Shown here piece after piece: positions 1-9,606 of a stretch of 64,000 nt of DNA. The position numbers and the translations under genes are program-made. The notes under the pieces were generated by a model. That model was not told the DNA's origin, searched no databases, and worked only from the letters and a program-made list of their open reading frames with translations. The stretch comes from Candidatus Margulisiibacteriota bacterium (lineage in GTDB: Bacteria; Margulisbacteria; Riflemargulisbacteria; GWF2-39-127): assembly GCA_003242895.1 (NCBI GenBank), contig QKMY01000043.1:19106-83105 (forward strand), in the 5' to 3' direction. The stretch's first letter is position 1, and each line of letters opens with the position of its first letter.

Positions 1-1304
1 CCGGTACATTATCAGGTTTGCTCAGTGTTAATTTGGATAAGGCCATCGAACAGATAAAGCAGCATTTTAAAACAAAATCTGAGGATATCATAAATAAAAA
101 TATAGAAGCACTAAAAAAGGGATATGAAATTGGTGCTCAGTTGTTAGAATCAGGCAAGGTAAAAATACCGAAGCTTGATAGGGTCGAAAACTCCGAAGAT
201 ATTGTAATCGAAGGTGCAACCGCGGTAGCACTTGGCGCCATTGCCGGAGGATGCAGTTTCATGTCAGCTTATCCGATGACTCCCGGGACTTCAGTGTTAA
301 CGCTCCTTGCCGGCTATGCAGATAAATTCAATATAATTGTTGAACAGGCTGAAGATGAGATTGCTGCTATCAATATGGCAATTGCAGCATGGTATGCGGG
401 GGCAAGAGGCATGGTAACTACTGCCGGCGGTGGCTTTGCTCTCATGGTTGAAGGATTAAGTCTAGCCGGTATGATTGAAATGCCAGTAGTCCTTCATGTC
501 GGGCAAAGACCTGCTCCGGCAACCGGACTTCCAACGAGAACTGAGCAAGGAGACCTAAAATTCATTATTAATGCCGGACATGGTGAATTCCCAAAGATCG
601 TATTTGCACCAGGTACGCTTGAAGATGGTTTTTATTTAGCCCAGAAAGCGTTCAATCTTGCTGACAAATATCAAATTCCGGTTTTCATACTCACTGACCA
701 ATATTACGTAGATTCATATTATACGATACCAACTATCAACGCTCTATCGGTTAATAATGAAAACTTTGTTGTTAAAACAAGCGAGAATTATAAACGCTAT
801 AAATTTACAGCTACTGGAATTTCTCCCAGAGGCATCCCTGGCTATGGAAATGGGTTGGTTGATGTGGATAGTGATGAACACGATGAAGAAGGCCATATTA
901 CCGAAGACCTTGATTTAAGAATCAGGATGGTTGATAAGCGGTTAAAAAAAATCGAGTTAATAAAAGAAGATATTATTCCACCGGAACTAATTGGTAATGA
1001 GGATTACCAAGTACTAGTAATCGGATGGGGTTCCACTTGTAATGTAATTAAAGAATCGCTGGAGAGGTTAGGACGACCGGATATTTCATTTTTATACTTT
1101 AAACAGGTATTTCCACTTTATCCTGATCTGCACAAATTTCTGGAGAAAGCAAAAAAAACTGTTATTATCGAAAATAATGCCACTTCACAATTTGGACAAT
1201 TAGTAAGGGAGATAACGGGTATTGAAATACAACACAAGATACTAAAATACAATGGATTACCATTTTCTGTAGAAGAAGTTATAGAAAACTTACAAGGGAT
1301 ATAG
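1..1304 (+). CDS. 2-oxoacid:ferredoxin oxidoreductase alpha subunit, 5'-truncated by window edge (probably a fused gamma-alpha polypeptide)
   Basis: Frame 3 is open from base 3 ([10 protein letters not shown]...), so the listed TTG at 18 is probably internal. The first ~45 aa ([24 protein letters not shown]) resemble the C-terminal end of an OFOR gamma domain. They are followed by alpha-domain motifs [24 protein letters not shown] and [22 protein letters not shown] beta subunit gene lies directly downstream. Confidence 0.85.
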   Translation, partial: GTLSGLLSVNLDKAIEQIKQHFKTKSEDIINKNIEALKKGYEIGAQLLESGKVKIPKLDRVENSEDIVIEGATAVALGAIAGGCSFMSAYPMTPGTSVLTLLAGYADKFNIIVEQAEDEIAAINMAIAAWYAGARGMVTTAGGGFALMVEGLSLAGMIEMPVVLHVGQRPAPATGLPTRTEQGDLKFIINAGHGEFPKIVFAPGTLEDGFYLAQKAFNLADKYQIPVFILTDQYYVDSYYTIPTINALSVNNENFVVKTSENYKRYKFTATGISPRGIPGYGNGLVDVDSDEHDEEGHITEDLDLRIRMVDKRLKKIELIKEDIIPPELIGNEDYQVLVIGWGSTCNVIKESLERLGRPDISFLYFKQVFPLYPDLHKFLEKAKKTVIIENNATSQFGQLVREITGIEIQHKILKYNGLPFSVEEVIENLQGI

Positions 1305-1365
1305 CAGCATCAGGCTTATTATTGGATTGTCCAAGTAAATAATCGTAACTTCAAGGGGGATTATT

Positions 1366-2217
1366 ATGAATTATGAAATGGGAGATATAGATATAGCATG
1401 GTGTCCCGGATGCGGGAACTACGGGATATTGAGAGCGATAAAGCAAACACTGTCTGAGCTAGAGATAAAAACTGAAGATCTTGTTGTTGTCTCCGGGATT
1501 GGACAAGCTGCAAAGTTACCACAATATTTAAGATGTAATTATTTTAACGGTCTACATGGAAGACCGCTTCCTGCGGCTTTCGCAATTAAAGTAGCGAATC
1601 CCGGACTAAACGTTATTATTACCAGTGGTGATGGAGATATTTATGGAGAGGGTGGAAATCATTTTATCCATGCTATTCGTCGTAACCCTAATATTACGTT
1701 ATTTGTTCATGACAACATGGTGTACGGATTAACCAAGGGACAAGCTTCGCCAACAAGCGCAATAGGTTTTAAGACTAATATACAGCTGGGAGGTGTCGCT
1801 ATTGAACCCTTCAATCCAATCTCAGTTGCGATAGCTCTCAATGCTTCATTCGTTGCCAGGGCTTTTATAGGTGATGCAAAAGAAAGCGCTGATATATTTA
1901 AAAAGGCGATAAAACATAAAGGTTTTGCTCTCGTTGATATTTTCCAGCCGTGTGTAACCTATAATAAGGTAAATACGTTTAAATGGTTTAAGGATAATAC
2001 TTACTATCTTGATAGCTCTTACAATCCGCTTGATCGAAACGAAGCCTTTAAGATAGCTATGGAAAGAGATAAGCTAGCGCTCGGTGTAATCTATGTGAAC
2101 AATGACAGAGAAATATTTGAAGATAAACTTTCAGTATATAAAGATAATAAAGAGCCCCTCTACATGAGAACATTAAACAAAGAAAATCTTCAGGTTTCAA
2201 TTCTGGAAAGAAGATGA
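1366..2217 (+). CDS. 2-oxoacid:ferredoxin oxidoreductase beta (TPP-binding) subunit
   Basis: Motifs [19 protein letters not shown] and [18 protein letters not shown] (TPP GDG motif). RBS AAGGGGGA lies upstream. Paired with the alpha gene. Confidence 0.85.
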   Translation: MNYEMGDIDIAWCPGCGNYGILRAIKQTLSELEIKTEDLVVVSGIGQAAKLPQYLRCNYFNGLHGRPLPAAFAIKVANPGLNVIITSGDGDIYGEGGNHFIHAIRRNPNITLFVHDNMVYGLTKGQASPTSAIGFKTNIQLGGVAIEPFNPISVAIALNASFVARAFIGDAKESADIFKKAIKHKGFALVDIFQPCVTYNKVNTFKWFKDNTYYLDSSYNPLDRNEAFKIAMERDKLALGVIYVNNDREIFEDKLSVYKDNKEPLYMRTLNKENLQVSILERR

Positions 2218-2288
2218 AATAAATAGATTTGTTTCAGCTACCAAAAAGCATTTCCTAAAATAACAATGCATTAAATCCAGCCGGGATT

Positions 2289-2312
2289 GTTGCCACGACT
2301 TTTTTTGGCAAC
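2289..2312 (+). terminator. weak hairpin downstream of the OFOR beta gene (GTTGCCA-N10-TGGCAAC), possible terminator
   Basis: 7-bp perfect stem at 2289-2295 / 2306-2312 with a T-rich loop. There is no 3' T-tract, so terminator function is uncertain. Confidence 0.25.
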
Positions 2313-2367
2313 AGGTCAAAATTGACTGACTTGCCGACTCAAACCCATATTTTACCTATTACAAAAA

Positions 2368-2402
2368 TTAACAAATTGGATTTATTGATTTAAATTTGTT
2401 AA
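2368..2402. repeat. 10-bp perfect inverted repeat TTAACAAATT / AATTTGTTAA with 15-nt spacer, upstream of hdrA
   Basis: Read directly: arms at 2368-2377 and 2393-2402 are exact reverse complements. Confidence 0.85.
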
Positions 2403-2634
2403 GATTCATTATAGGTACTATTAGTGATGCAAAGAAGAAGTACAGTTATGCAGTTATTGAGTGACCTTACAGACGCAGGAAATATCAAAAATATTGTTTT
2501 TTTCCTACGCGCACTCAAATAATAAAAATTTCAATTTCAAACAAATTATTATTTTTAAGTAAAAAATAACTGTGTGGATATAATAGCTTCATTGTTATGC
2601 TCTAAAAAACCCAAGAGAATGGAGAAGATAATAG

Positions 2635-4626
2635 ATGCAAAATAACATAGGCATTTTTATGTGCGGGTGTGGGACTAATATAAAAGACATGGTCAACATG
2701 GATGAAATCACTGCGTATGCAAAGTCGAGACCCGGTGTCGGACTGATATTGGTGAATGACTTCTACTGCAATATCGATGGTAAAAATCTTATCAAAGAGA
2801 CTATCCGTAAGGAAAAGTTAACCCATGTCATTGTTGTTGGGTGTTCGCCAAAAACGCATTTGGCAACATTCGAAAAATGCTGTGAAGAAGGCGGATTAAA
2901 TGCATATTACCTGCAAATGGTAAATGCCAGGGAGCAGGTAACCTGGGTAACTGAAGGGAAACAAAACTCGACAGAAAAGATTAAATCTTTGATTAATGGG
3001 GCTGTTAACCGCGTTGTTGTTCAGGAAGCGCTTGAGAAAAAACAAATTGATTGCAACACTGATGTAGTAATAATCGGTGGTGGCATTGCTGGTATCGAAG
3101 CGGCAATCCTTATCGGTCAAGCTGGTGATAGAAATGTTTATATTATTGAGAAAGAACCCTCTCTTGGTGGCAATATTGTTAAATACGATGAAGTTTTCCC
3201 AAATATGGAGTGTGCTCCTTGCATGGTAGCTCCCCGATTATCCGAGCTTAGCAGTCTGGAAAAAGTCAAAGTGATTACCAGCGCAGAAGTTCAGGATATC
3301 GTCGGCTACTTCGGAAATTATTCAATAAAAGTCAAACAAAATGCCAAATATGTTGATGAGCAAAAATGTATCGGATGCCAGGCTTGCTTCGAAGTATGTC
3401 CGGCAACATACAGCAGTAAATTCGATGAAAACATGAGAGATAAAAAAGCCATTGATATCTTGTTTCCCGGTTCAGTACCGAACTGTGCGTTTATTGTGAA
3501 AGAAAAGTGTTTAAGGTTCAATGGACAGGATTGTACACTTTGTAAAGATTCCTGCCCGTTTGACGCTTTGAAGTATGACGATACGGATAAAGAGACAGTT
3601 GTTAATGCAGGTGCAATAATAGTTGCAACAGGATCTGAACTGTATGATATTGCAAAAGCTCCTCAATATGGATACAAGCGAATCGACAATGTCTACACAA
3701 CTTTAGAGTTCGAGCGTATCATAGCGCAGACAGGCCCGACTGATGGACAGCTGGTTCTCAAGTCAGGGGATGCTCCTAAATCAGTTGCAGTAATTCATTG
3801 TGCAGGAAGTAAAAACAAAGATCACCTGCCATATTGTTCCGGAATTTGCTGTTTGAACGCGTTGAAAGCTTCGAAGATCATAAAACATCGAATACCTGAT
3901 GTCAAAGTAACCGAACTGTACGTTGATCTTACTTTACCGGGCAAACAGCATCACGATTTTTACGAAGGCATAAAACATGAAGGTGTCGATTTTGTTCAAT
4001 TAAAGAATTCGGCTGCGGTGAGTATTGATCAGGAAAACGCTAATATTCCTATTGATCCTAATGATCCTGCTGGTATTAAAATAAAAGTAACCTATACCGA
4101 TATTCACGGTAAAACCGATACAATAAGTGTTGACATGGTTGTATTGAGTCCCGGACTGGTCCCCGCACAAAGTACCAGGAATATTCAAGAGATGCTCAAG
4201 CTTCCTATAGATAAAAATGGATTCCTATCAGAGGACAACATGAAGCTTAATGAAGTCTCATCAACGATTGAAGGGATATTTATTGCAGGTACAGCTCAAT
4301 ACCCTAAAGATATTTCGGCGACGGTAAACCAGGCATTAGCTTCTTGCGGAAAAGTGTTCTCAAAACTTGTTCCAGGAAAGAAGCTTGATGTTGAAGTTAT
4401 GGTATCACAAATTGATCAAGATCTATGTGCCGGATGTAAGGTTTGTATAGCGCTCTGTCCTTATAAAGCAATAAATTTTAATGAGGATACAAAGAAGTCA
4501 GAGCTGATTGACGTATTATGCCAGGGATGCGGGACCTGCGTAGCGGCATGTCCTAGTGGAGCTGCCAAAAGCCTGCACTTTACCGATAAACAGATATTCG
4601 AAGAAATTAAGGGGGTGTTAGCATGA
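2635..4626 (+). CDS. hdrA: heterodisulfide reductase subunit A-like FAD/FeS flavoprotein (HdrA)
   Basis: 663 aa. FAD fold VVIIGGGIAGIEAAI..EKEPSLGG, plus ferredoxin-type clusters CIGCQACFEVCP, CAGCKVCIALCP and CQGCGTCVAACP. A Cys-rich N-terminal domain is present. Its stop overlaps the mvhD start (ATGA at 4623-4626). Confidence 0.85.
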   Translation: MQNNIGIFMCGCGTNIKDMVNMDEITAYAKSRPGVGLILVNDFYCNIDGKNLIKETIRKEKLTHVIVVGCSPKTHLATFEKCCEEGGLNAYYLQMVNAREQVTWVTEGKQNSTEKIKSLINGAVNRVVVQEALEKKQIDCNTDVVIIGGGIAGIEAAILIGQAGDRNVYIIEKEPSLGGNIVKYDEVFPNMECAPCMVAPRLSELSSLEKVKVITSAEVQDIVGYFGNYSIKVKQNAKYVDEQKCIGCQACFEVCPATYSSKFDENMRDKKAIDILFPGSVPNCAFIVKEKCLRFNGQDCTLCKDSCPFDALKYDDTDKETVVNAGAIIVATGSELYDIAKAPQYGYKRIDNVYTTLEFERIIAQTGPTDGQLVLKSGDAPKSVAVIHCAGSKNKDHLPYCSGICCLNALKASKIIKHRIPDVKVTELYVDLTLPGKQHHDFYEGIKHEGVDFVQLKNSAAVSIDQENANIPIDPNDPAGIKIKVTYTDIHGKTDTISVDMVVLSPGLVPAQSTRNIQEMLKLPIDKNGFLSEDNMKLNEVSSTIEGIFIAGTAQYPKDISATVNQALASCGKVFSKLVPGKKLDVEVMVSQIDQDLCAGCKVCIALCPYKAINFNEDTKKSELIDVLCQGCGTCVAACPSGAAKSLHFTDKQIFEEIKGVLA

Positions 4627-5069
4627 GTGATGAATTTGAACCAAAAATAATCGCATTTGTATGTAATTGGTGTTCCTATGGAGGGGCAGACTCAGCAGGA
4701 AATTCGAGACTTAAATATAATTCGGGTGTTAAGCTGGTAAGAGTCATGTGTAGTGGTAGAATTGACCCCCAGTTCGTACTCGAGGCTTACAAGAATGGCG
4801 CTGACGGAGTTCTCGTACTTGGTTGTCACCCTGGTGATTGCCATTATCAGAATGGAAATTATAAGACCCTCAAACGAGCTATATTGATGGAAAAAATGTT
4901 AGATCAATTTGGAATTGAAAAAGATAGATTTATTCTTGATTGGGTTGCTGCATCTGAAGGACAAAAGTTCGCAGCAGTTGTAAACCAGGCATATGACAAT
5001 GTAAAAGCCTTAGGCCCACTTAATATCAGGACCCTGGCTACAAGCGGAAAGGAGCTCGTAAATGAGTAA
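4623..5069 (+). CDS. mvhD: methyl-viologen-reducing hydrogenase delta subunit (MvhD/FlpD family)
   Basis: Motifs IIAFVCNWCSYGGADSAG, VRVMCSGRIDP and VLVLGCHPGDCHY are the family signature. Overlaps both neighbours. Confidence 0.85.
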   Translation: MSDEFEPKIIAFVCNWCSYGGADSAGNSRLKYNSGVKLVRVMCSGRIDPQFVLEAYKNGADGVLVLGCHPGDCHYQNGNYKTLKRAILMEKMLDQFGIEKDRFILDWVAASEGQKFAAVVNQAYDNVKALGPLNIRTLATSGKELVNE

Positions 5070-6048
5070 ACCCAAAATTGCTTTTTACTGGTGCGCAAGT
5101 TGTGGAGGATGCGAAGAAGCTATCGTAGACCTTGATGTTGATATTTTACCGGTTGTCGGAGCAGTCGATATCGTATTGTGGCCGATAGCATTAGACTTTA
5201 AAAAGTCTGACATTGAGGGGTTTCAAGACGGCGAGATAACTGTGTCATTTATAAACGGAGCAGTACGGACAGAAGAACAACAAGAGATGGTGCATTTACT
5301 ACGAAAGAAATCAAAATTAGTTGTTGCTTTCGGAGCATGCTCACAGTTAGGTGGTATTCCAGGACTCATGAATTTCAGTACCGGTAAAAACATGATGGAT
5401 GAAATCTATAAAAACAGTCCGATAGTGAACAATACGGAAGGAACCATTCCTCGTACAAAATGTGAAGTTGATCTGGGTGACAACAAGGATGAAAAAGGCG
5501 AATTAACACTGTCAGGTATGTTTAACCATGTCTATCCTCTCGATCAAATAATTGATGTTGATTATTATTTACCTGGTTGTGCGCCAACAAAAAACATTGT
5601 AGTAGGCGCAGTTAATGCAATCTTAACTGGAAATCTTCCGGCAAAAGGAACTGTCCTCTCTCCTAACAAGGCACTTTGTGAAGAATGCAAATTAAATTCT
5701 ACAAAGCCAGATAAGTTTACGATTAAAGAATTTAAACGACCTCATCTTCATAAAGTTGATCCGGATAAATGCTTGTTATCGCAAGGATTTATTTGTATGG
5801 GAATTGCTACCCGTGCAGGTTGCGGAGCGCAATGTATAAGCGCAAATATGCCTTGCGAAGGATGTTTTGGTCCTACCGATAATGTTAAAGACCAAGGCGC
5901 GAAATTTTTGTCAGCAGTGGCATCGATGATAGATACTGATGATGAAGAAGAGATCAAAAGAGTAATAGATACCATAGATGATCCGGCTGGATATTTTTAT
6001 CGTTTTAGCTTGGCTTCTTCTATTTTACAGGGAAAGGAGAATAAGTAG
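5062..6048 (+). CDS. mvhG: [NiFe]-hydrogenase small subunit (MvhG-type, F420-non-reducing)
   Basis: N-terminus KIAFYWCASCGGCEEAIVDLD (proximal cluster Cys), plus C-terminal Cys-rich FeS motifs (CMGIATRAGCGAQC, PCEGCFGP). Positioned between mvhD and the large subunit gene. Confidence 0.8.
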   Translation: MSKPKIAFYWCASCGGCEEAIVDLDVDILPVVGAVDIVLWPIALDFKKSDIEGFQDGEITVSFINGAVRTEEQQEMVHLLRKKSKLVVAFGACSQLGGIPGLMNFSTGKNMMDEIYKNSPIVNNTEGTIPRTKCEVDLGDNKDEKGELTLSGMFNHVYPLDQIIDVDYYLPGCAPTKNIVVGAVNAILTGNLPAKGTVLSPNKALCEECKLNSTKPDKFTIKEFKRPHLHKVDPDKCLLSQGFICMGIATRAGCGAQCISANMPCEGCFGPTDNVKDQGAKFLSAVASMIDTDDEEEIKRVIDTIDDPAGYFYRFSLASSILQGKENK

Positions 6049-7505
6049 TGAACCGCAAAATAACAATAGATCCGATAACGAGATTAGAAGGTCACGGAAA
6101 GATTGAAATCTTTCTAAACGAAGAAGGTAATGTTAAAGACGCGTATTTACAAATACCGGAACTGAGAGGTTTTGAAGAATTCTCGAAAGGCCGTCCGGCT
6201 GAAGACATGGCAAGAATTACTCCTAGAATATGCGGGGTATGCCCTTCCGCACACATGATGGCCTCTGCTAAAGCATTGGATAATCTCTACAAAATCGACC
6301 CGACTAGTGCTGCAAAAAAATTAAGAGAGCTTTTTTATTCAACATTTTTTGTTGAAGATCATGCAATTCATTTCTTTTATCTTGGAGGACCGGATTTCGT
6401 TGTCGGGCCTACAGCTCCGAAAGGCGAGAGAAATATTTTAGGTGTACTCAATAAGGTAGGGCTCGATGTTGGGAAAAAAGTCATTTTGATGAGAAAACAG
6501 CTTAGAGAAATCCTGGGATACTTTGGCGGTAAGCCAATACATCCGGCCTGGGTACTCCCTGGAGGTGTTTCAAAAGGATTGACTGAAGAGAAACGTGCCG
6601 AATTCGAAAAGGTTGCGCTTGAAGCTGTGGAGTTCGGAAAATTCTGCTTGCAGATATTCGATGATGTTGTGCTTAAAAACAAACAATATATAGATCTCAT
6701 TACCAGCGAGTCATATATACTACGAACAAAACACATGAGCATGGTAGATAGCAACAAAAAATCAAACTTCTATGACGGTGCTATACGGATTGTCGATGAG
6801 GATGGTAAGTTACTTAAAGAATTTGATGTCATTGACTATGAAAATTACTTTTCTGAAATTGTTGAACCTTGGACATATGGCAAATTCTTGCACATGAAAG
6901 ATTGTGCCTGGAATGGTCTTAACGAAGATAGGAATTCAGGTATTGTCAGTTCTACTCCGTTATCAAGAATAAACGCGTCAGATGGAATGTCAACTCCTTT
7001 AGCCCAGGCTGAAGCTGACAAAATGTATTCTATCCTAGGGCGACCGTCACATCACACACTAGCAGTACACTGGGCCAGATTGATTGAACTGGTTTCTGCA
7101 GCAGAAAGAATGGTTGAACTAATTCGTGATCCTGAAATTACTTCAGATAACGTCCGAACGATACCGACTGAGATTCCGACTAAAGGTGTTGGCGCAGTTC
7201 AAGCTCCACGAGGATTGTTGGTCCATCACTACGAAACTGACAGCAGAGGCCTGATCACCAAAGCGAATCTTTTGGTTGCTACCCAGTTTAATCTGGCACC
7301 GATTTGTATGTCAGTCAAAAAGGCTGCTACGGGCCTTATAAAAAATGGTGAAGTCAACGATGGGTTATTAAATATGGTCGAGATGGCTTTCAGGCTCTAT
7401 GACCCATGTTTTTCATGTACGACCCATAGCCTCCTCGGCGAAACGCCGCTAAAAGTAGATATCTACGACGAAAATAAAAAAATATATAAATCATTAGTGA
7501 AGTAA
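6048..7505 (+). CDS. mvhA: [NiFe]-hydrogenase large subunit (MvhA-type, group 3c-like)
   Basis: RLEGHGKI, N-terminal Ni-binding RICGVCPSAH, and C-terminal DPCFSCTTH followed by a 25-aa extension. GTG start with AAGGAG 8 nt upstream. Confidence 0.9.
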   Translation: MNRKITIDPITRLEGHGKIEIFLNEEGNVKDAYLQIPELRGFEEFSKGRPAEDMARITPRICGVCPSAHMMASAKALDNLYKIDPTSAAKKLRELFYSTFFVEDHAIHFFYLGGPDFVVGPTAPKGERNILGVLNKVGLDVGKKVILMRKQLREILGYFGGKPIHPAWVLPGGVSKGLTEEKRAEFEKVALEAVEFGKFCLQIFDDVVLKNKQYIDLITSESYILRTKHMSMVDSNKKSNFYDGAIRIVDEDGKLLKEFDVIDYENYFSEIVEPWTYGKFLHMKDCAWNGLNEDRNSGIVSSTPLSRINASDGMSTPLAQAEADKMYSILGRPSHHTLAVHWARLIELVSAAERMVELIRDPEITSDNVRTIPTEIPTKGVGAVQAPRGLLVHHYETDSRGLITKANLLVATQFNLAPICMSVKKAATGLIKNGEVNDGLLNMVEMAFRLYDPCFSCTTHSLLGETPLKVDIYDENKKIYKSLVK

Positions 7506-7521
7506 AGAGAATAAAGAAGGA

Positions 7522-7549
7522 GAGCCCGTTTTATAGCGGGCTTTTTTTT
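7522..7549. terminator. rho-independent terminator between convergent mvhA and the Fe-ADH gene
   Basis: AGCCCG-tttata-GCGGGCT stem followed by T8 (7542-7549). Lies 17 nt after the mvhA stop and 7 nt from the convergent gene's stop. Confidence 0.65.
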
Positions 7550-7555
7550 CTGTTG

Positions 7556-8671
7556 TTAACTAAAAATACCGGATAACATGCACTCGACATCATCAGGAGT
7601 AATCTTCTTAGGATTAGCAGCGGTTGATCCGGATTTGAGGGTATAGCTAATAATTGCGTCCTTATTGATTATTTCTTTTCCTTTAAACACATTGGTTATA
7701 TTCATTTTCTGCATTAGCTGTTTTACTTTTTCAATAAGGTCCATACCGCATTTTTGCGATAATATCTCGTATTTTTCAAGAATATATGGCTTGTTGATCT
7801 CAAGTGCAGGAACGAGGCAAAGAGCACAAACCAGGCCATGAGGCACACCATAATAGGAACCAAGAGGGTGTGCGATTCCATGGACTACTCCTAATCGTGA
7901 GTTAGTGAAGGCAACTCCTGTTAAATAGCTCCCAGTGAGGATATTAATGAAAGCCCGGTCCGTACCCTCGTTATTATCTTGAGCTCTATCGTAAGCTGTT
8001 TCTAAATTATTTATGAGCAAATCAAATCCTTTTATAGCCATCGTTTCTGTATAGCATGTAGAGTTGATCGAGCAATATGATTCTATTGCTTGAGTGATTG
8101 CGTCGAGACCGGAATGAGCAATAATAGGGGCGGGGGCCTCAATAAGCAATTCAGGGTCCAGAATAACAGTCTGCGCTAAAAACAAATCATCTCTAATCGA
8201 CAATTTGTCCATCGTCTTCTCGTTAATAATAACTGAATTAATACTGGCCTCGGCACCGGAACCCGCGGTTGTAGGGACAGCGATAAACGAGATTCCTTTT
8301 TTTTCTATGACTCCGCCTTGCATGTAGAATTCCGGATCTTTACCTGCATTTGCAAGTCCTGCTGCTGCTTTTGCCAAGTCGATTATCGCGCCGCCGCCGA
8401 TCCCCACAATCCAATTGCATTCAGACTCTCTAACACGAACAAGGAGATCGCGTACATCCTGCAATCGAGGTTCGCGCCCATTGTATTGGTAAAACTGCCC
8501 ACATGGAGCTAATGATTCTCGAAGAAGAGGATACTGTCTTTTAAGAGAAAAAGAAGTACCATGTACAATCAAACCCTTACCGCGCCCTAAAAGAATATCT
8601 TTTAAAGTGAAAAGCTTCTCTTTGCCGGTAATGGTAATAGACGGCACAATTAATTTATTACCGATGGTCAT
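7556..8671 (-). CDS. iron-containing (group III) alcohol dehydrogenase family protein
   Basis: Motifs GIGGGAIIDLAKAAAG, AVPTTAGSGAE and VVHGIAHPLG..GVPHG (metal His). Confidence 0.8.
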   Translation of the reverse strand: MTIGNKLIVPSITITGKEKLFTLKDILLGRGKGLIVHGTSFSLKRQYPLLRESLAPCGQFYQYNGREPRLQDVRDLLVRVRESECNWIVGIGGGAIIDLAKAAAGLANAGKDPEFYMQGGVIEKKGISFIAVPTTAGSGAEASINSVIINEKTMDKLSIRDDLFLAQTVILDPELLIEAPAPIIAHSGLDAITQAIESYCSINSTCYTETMAIKGFDLLINNLETAYDRAQDNNEGTDRAFINILTGSYLTGVAFTNSRLGVVHGIAHPLGSYYGVPHGLVCALCLVPALEINKPYILEKYEILSQKCGMDLIEKVKQLMQKMNITNVFKGKEIINKDAIISYTLKSGSTAANPKKITPDDVECMLSGIFS

Positions 8672-9024
8672 ATGCTTTGGTATTTCATAATTATTGCTAT
8701 AATTTCGAGGTTATCTTCACCAATATTTTTGATTGAGTGACTCTCTCCTTTTCCTGTGATCGATGAGTCACCAGCTTCTATGATAGTTTCGATCGTACCA
8801 TCAGATAGAAGCGCTTTTCCTTTTAATACAAGATAAATTTCATCTTCCTTTTCGTGCTTGTGTAATCCGATGCTTGTACCGGGGGCCATAGTCATCTTTG
8901 AACATAATCTGCAATTGGCCTTGATCTCGTCGATAGTAAAAAAATGTTCGATCGAAATTGTACCAATTCCCCCACGCATGTTTTCTCTGGTTTCTTTTAT
9001 TGTTTCTGACTTTCTCTTGATCAT
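8668..9024 (-). CDS. cupin domain protein
   Basis: 118 aa. Cupin motifs GTSIGLHKHEKEDEIYLVLKG and GESHSIKNIG. Overlaps the Fe-ADH start by 4 nt. Confidence 0.7.
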   Translation of the reverse strand: MIKRKSETIKETRENMRGGIGTISIEHFFTIDEIKANCRLCSKMTMAPGTSIGLHKHEKEDEIYLVLKGKALLSDGTIETIIEAGDSSITGKGESHSIKNIGEDNLEIIAIIMKYQSI

Positions 9025-9098
9025 TGCGAGGAACCTCCTTCGAATTATCTATAATAAAGTCTATTATATACAAAATAATAATGCAAATCGATCTATTC

Positions 9099-9551
9099 TT
9101 AATCCCGGCAGTGCCTCGTAAGAAAGCTATTGAGCTGGTTAGCGAAGGCTTGGCTGTCTTTTTTGTTGAAGGGAGCAGGTCCTCCGGTGGTCATTCCTGT
9201 GCTGCGAAGCCTATCTAATAAATCGCGCAGGGCGAGACGATCCTTGATATTATCGTTCGTATAGAGTTGGCCTCTTGGGTCGAGCGCAAAAGCGCCTTTG
9301 TCAACGACACGATTGGCTAGTGGTATATCTGCAGTAACTACCAGGTCTCCCGGTTGTACCAACTCAACGATACGGTCATCAGCCTCATCAGGACCGGCAG
9401 ATACTGCGATACCCGAAATGTAATCCGATTTAGGAAAATTCATATTCTGATTTGCAACCAGGATCAATGGAACGCAAACGCGCTGAGCTGCCCGAAACAG
9501 GATTTCTTTAATTACTTTTGGACTTGCATCCGCGTCGATGTATATATTCAT
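9099..9551 (-). CDS. YaiI/YqxD family protein (UPF0178/DUF188)
   Basis: 150 aa. N-terminus MNIYIDADASPKVIKEILFRAAQR and the overall pattern are typical of UPF0178. Confidence 0.7.
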   Translation of the reverse strand: MNIYIDADASPKVIKEILFRAAQRVCVPLILVANQNMNFPKSDYISGIAVSAGPDEADDRIVELVQPGDLVVTADIPLANRVVDKGAFALDPRGQLYTNDNIKDRLALRDLLDRLRSTGMTTGGPAPFNKKDSQAFANQLNSFLTRHCRD

Positions 9552-9606
9552 AATAAGCCTTGTCTAAATACAGAAATTTAAAATATATACTTGCCTTATC
9601 ACGAGC

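Noticed and set aside
2427-2522. 31-codon ORF (MQRRSTVMQLLSDLTDAGNIKNIVFFLRALK) in the hdrA leader.
   Set aside because: No Shine-Dalgarno sequence lies upstream, and it overlaps a hairpin that is the more likely functional element. It cannot be supported as a gene from sequence alone.
6377-6757. 126-aa antisense ORF within mvhA. The many 60-100-aa ORFs listed inside hdrA, pheT, mutS, dnaX, porA, guaB and ruvX (for example 63190-63525) are similar cases.
   Set aside because: All are embedded in, or antisense to, genes with strong family signatures. None has an independent RBS or recognisable motif.
8840-9218. Cluster of 64-87-aa ORFs around the cupin / yaiI-like intergenic region.
   Set aside because: They overlap each other and the cupin gene in several frames, with AT-rich low-complexity translations. 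There is no support for coding.
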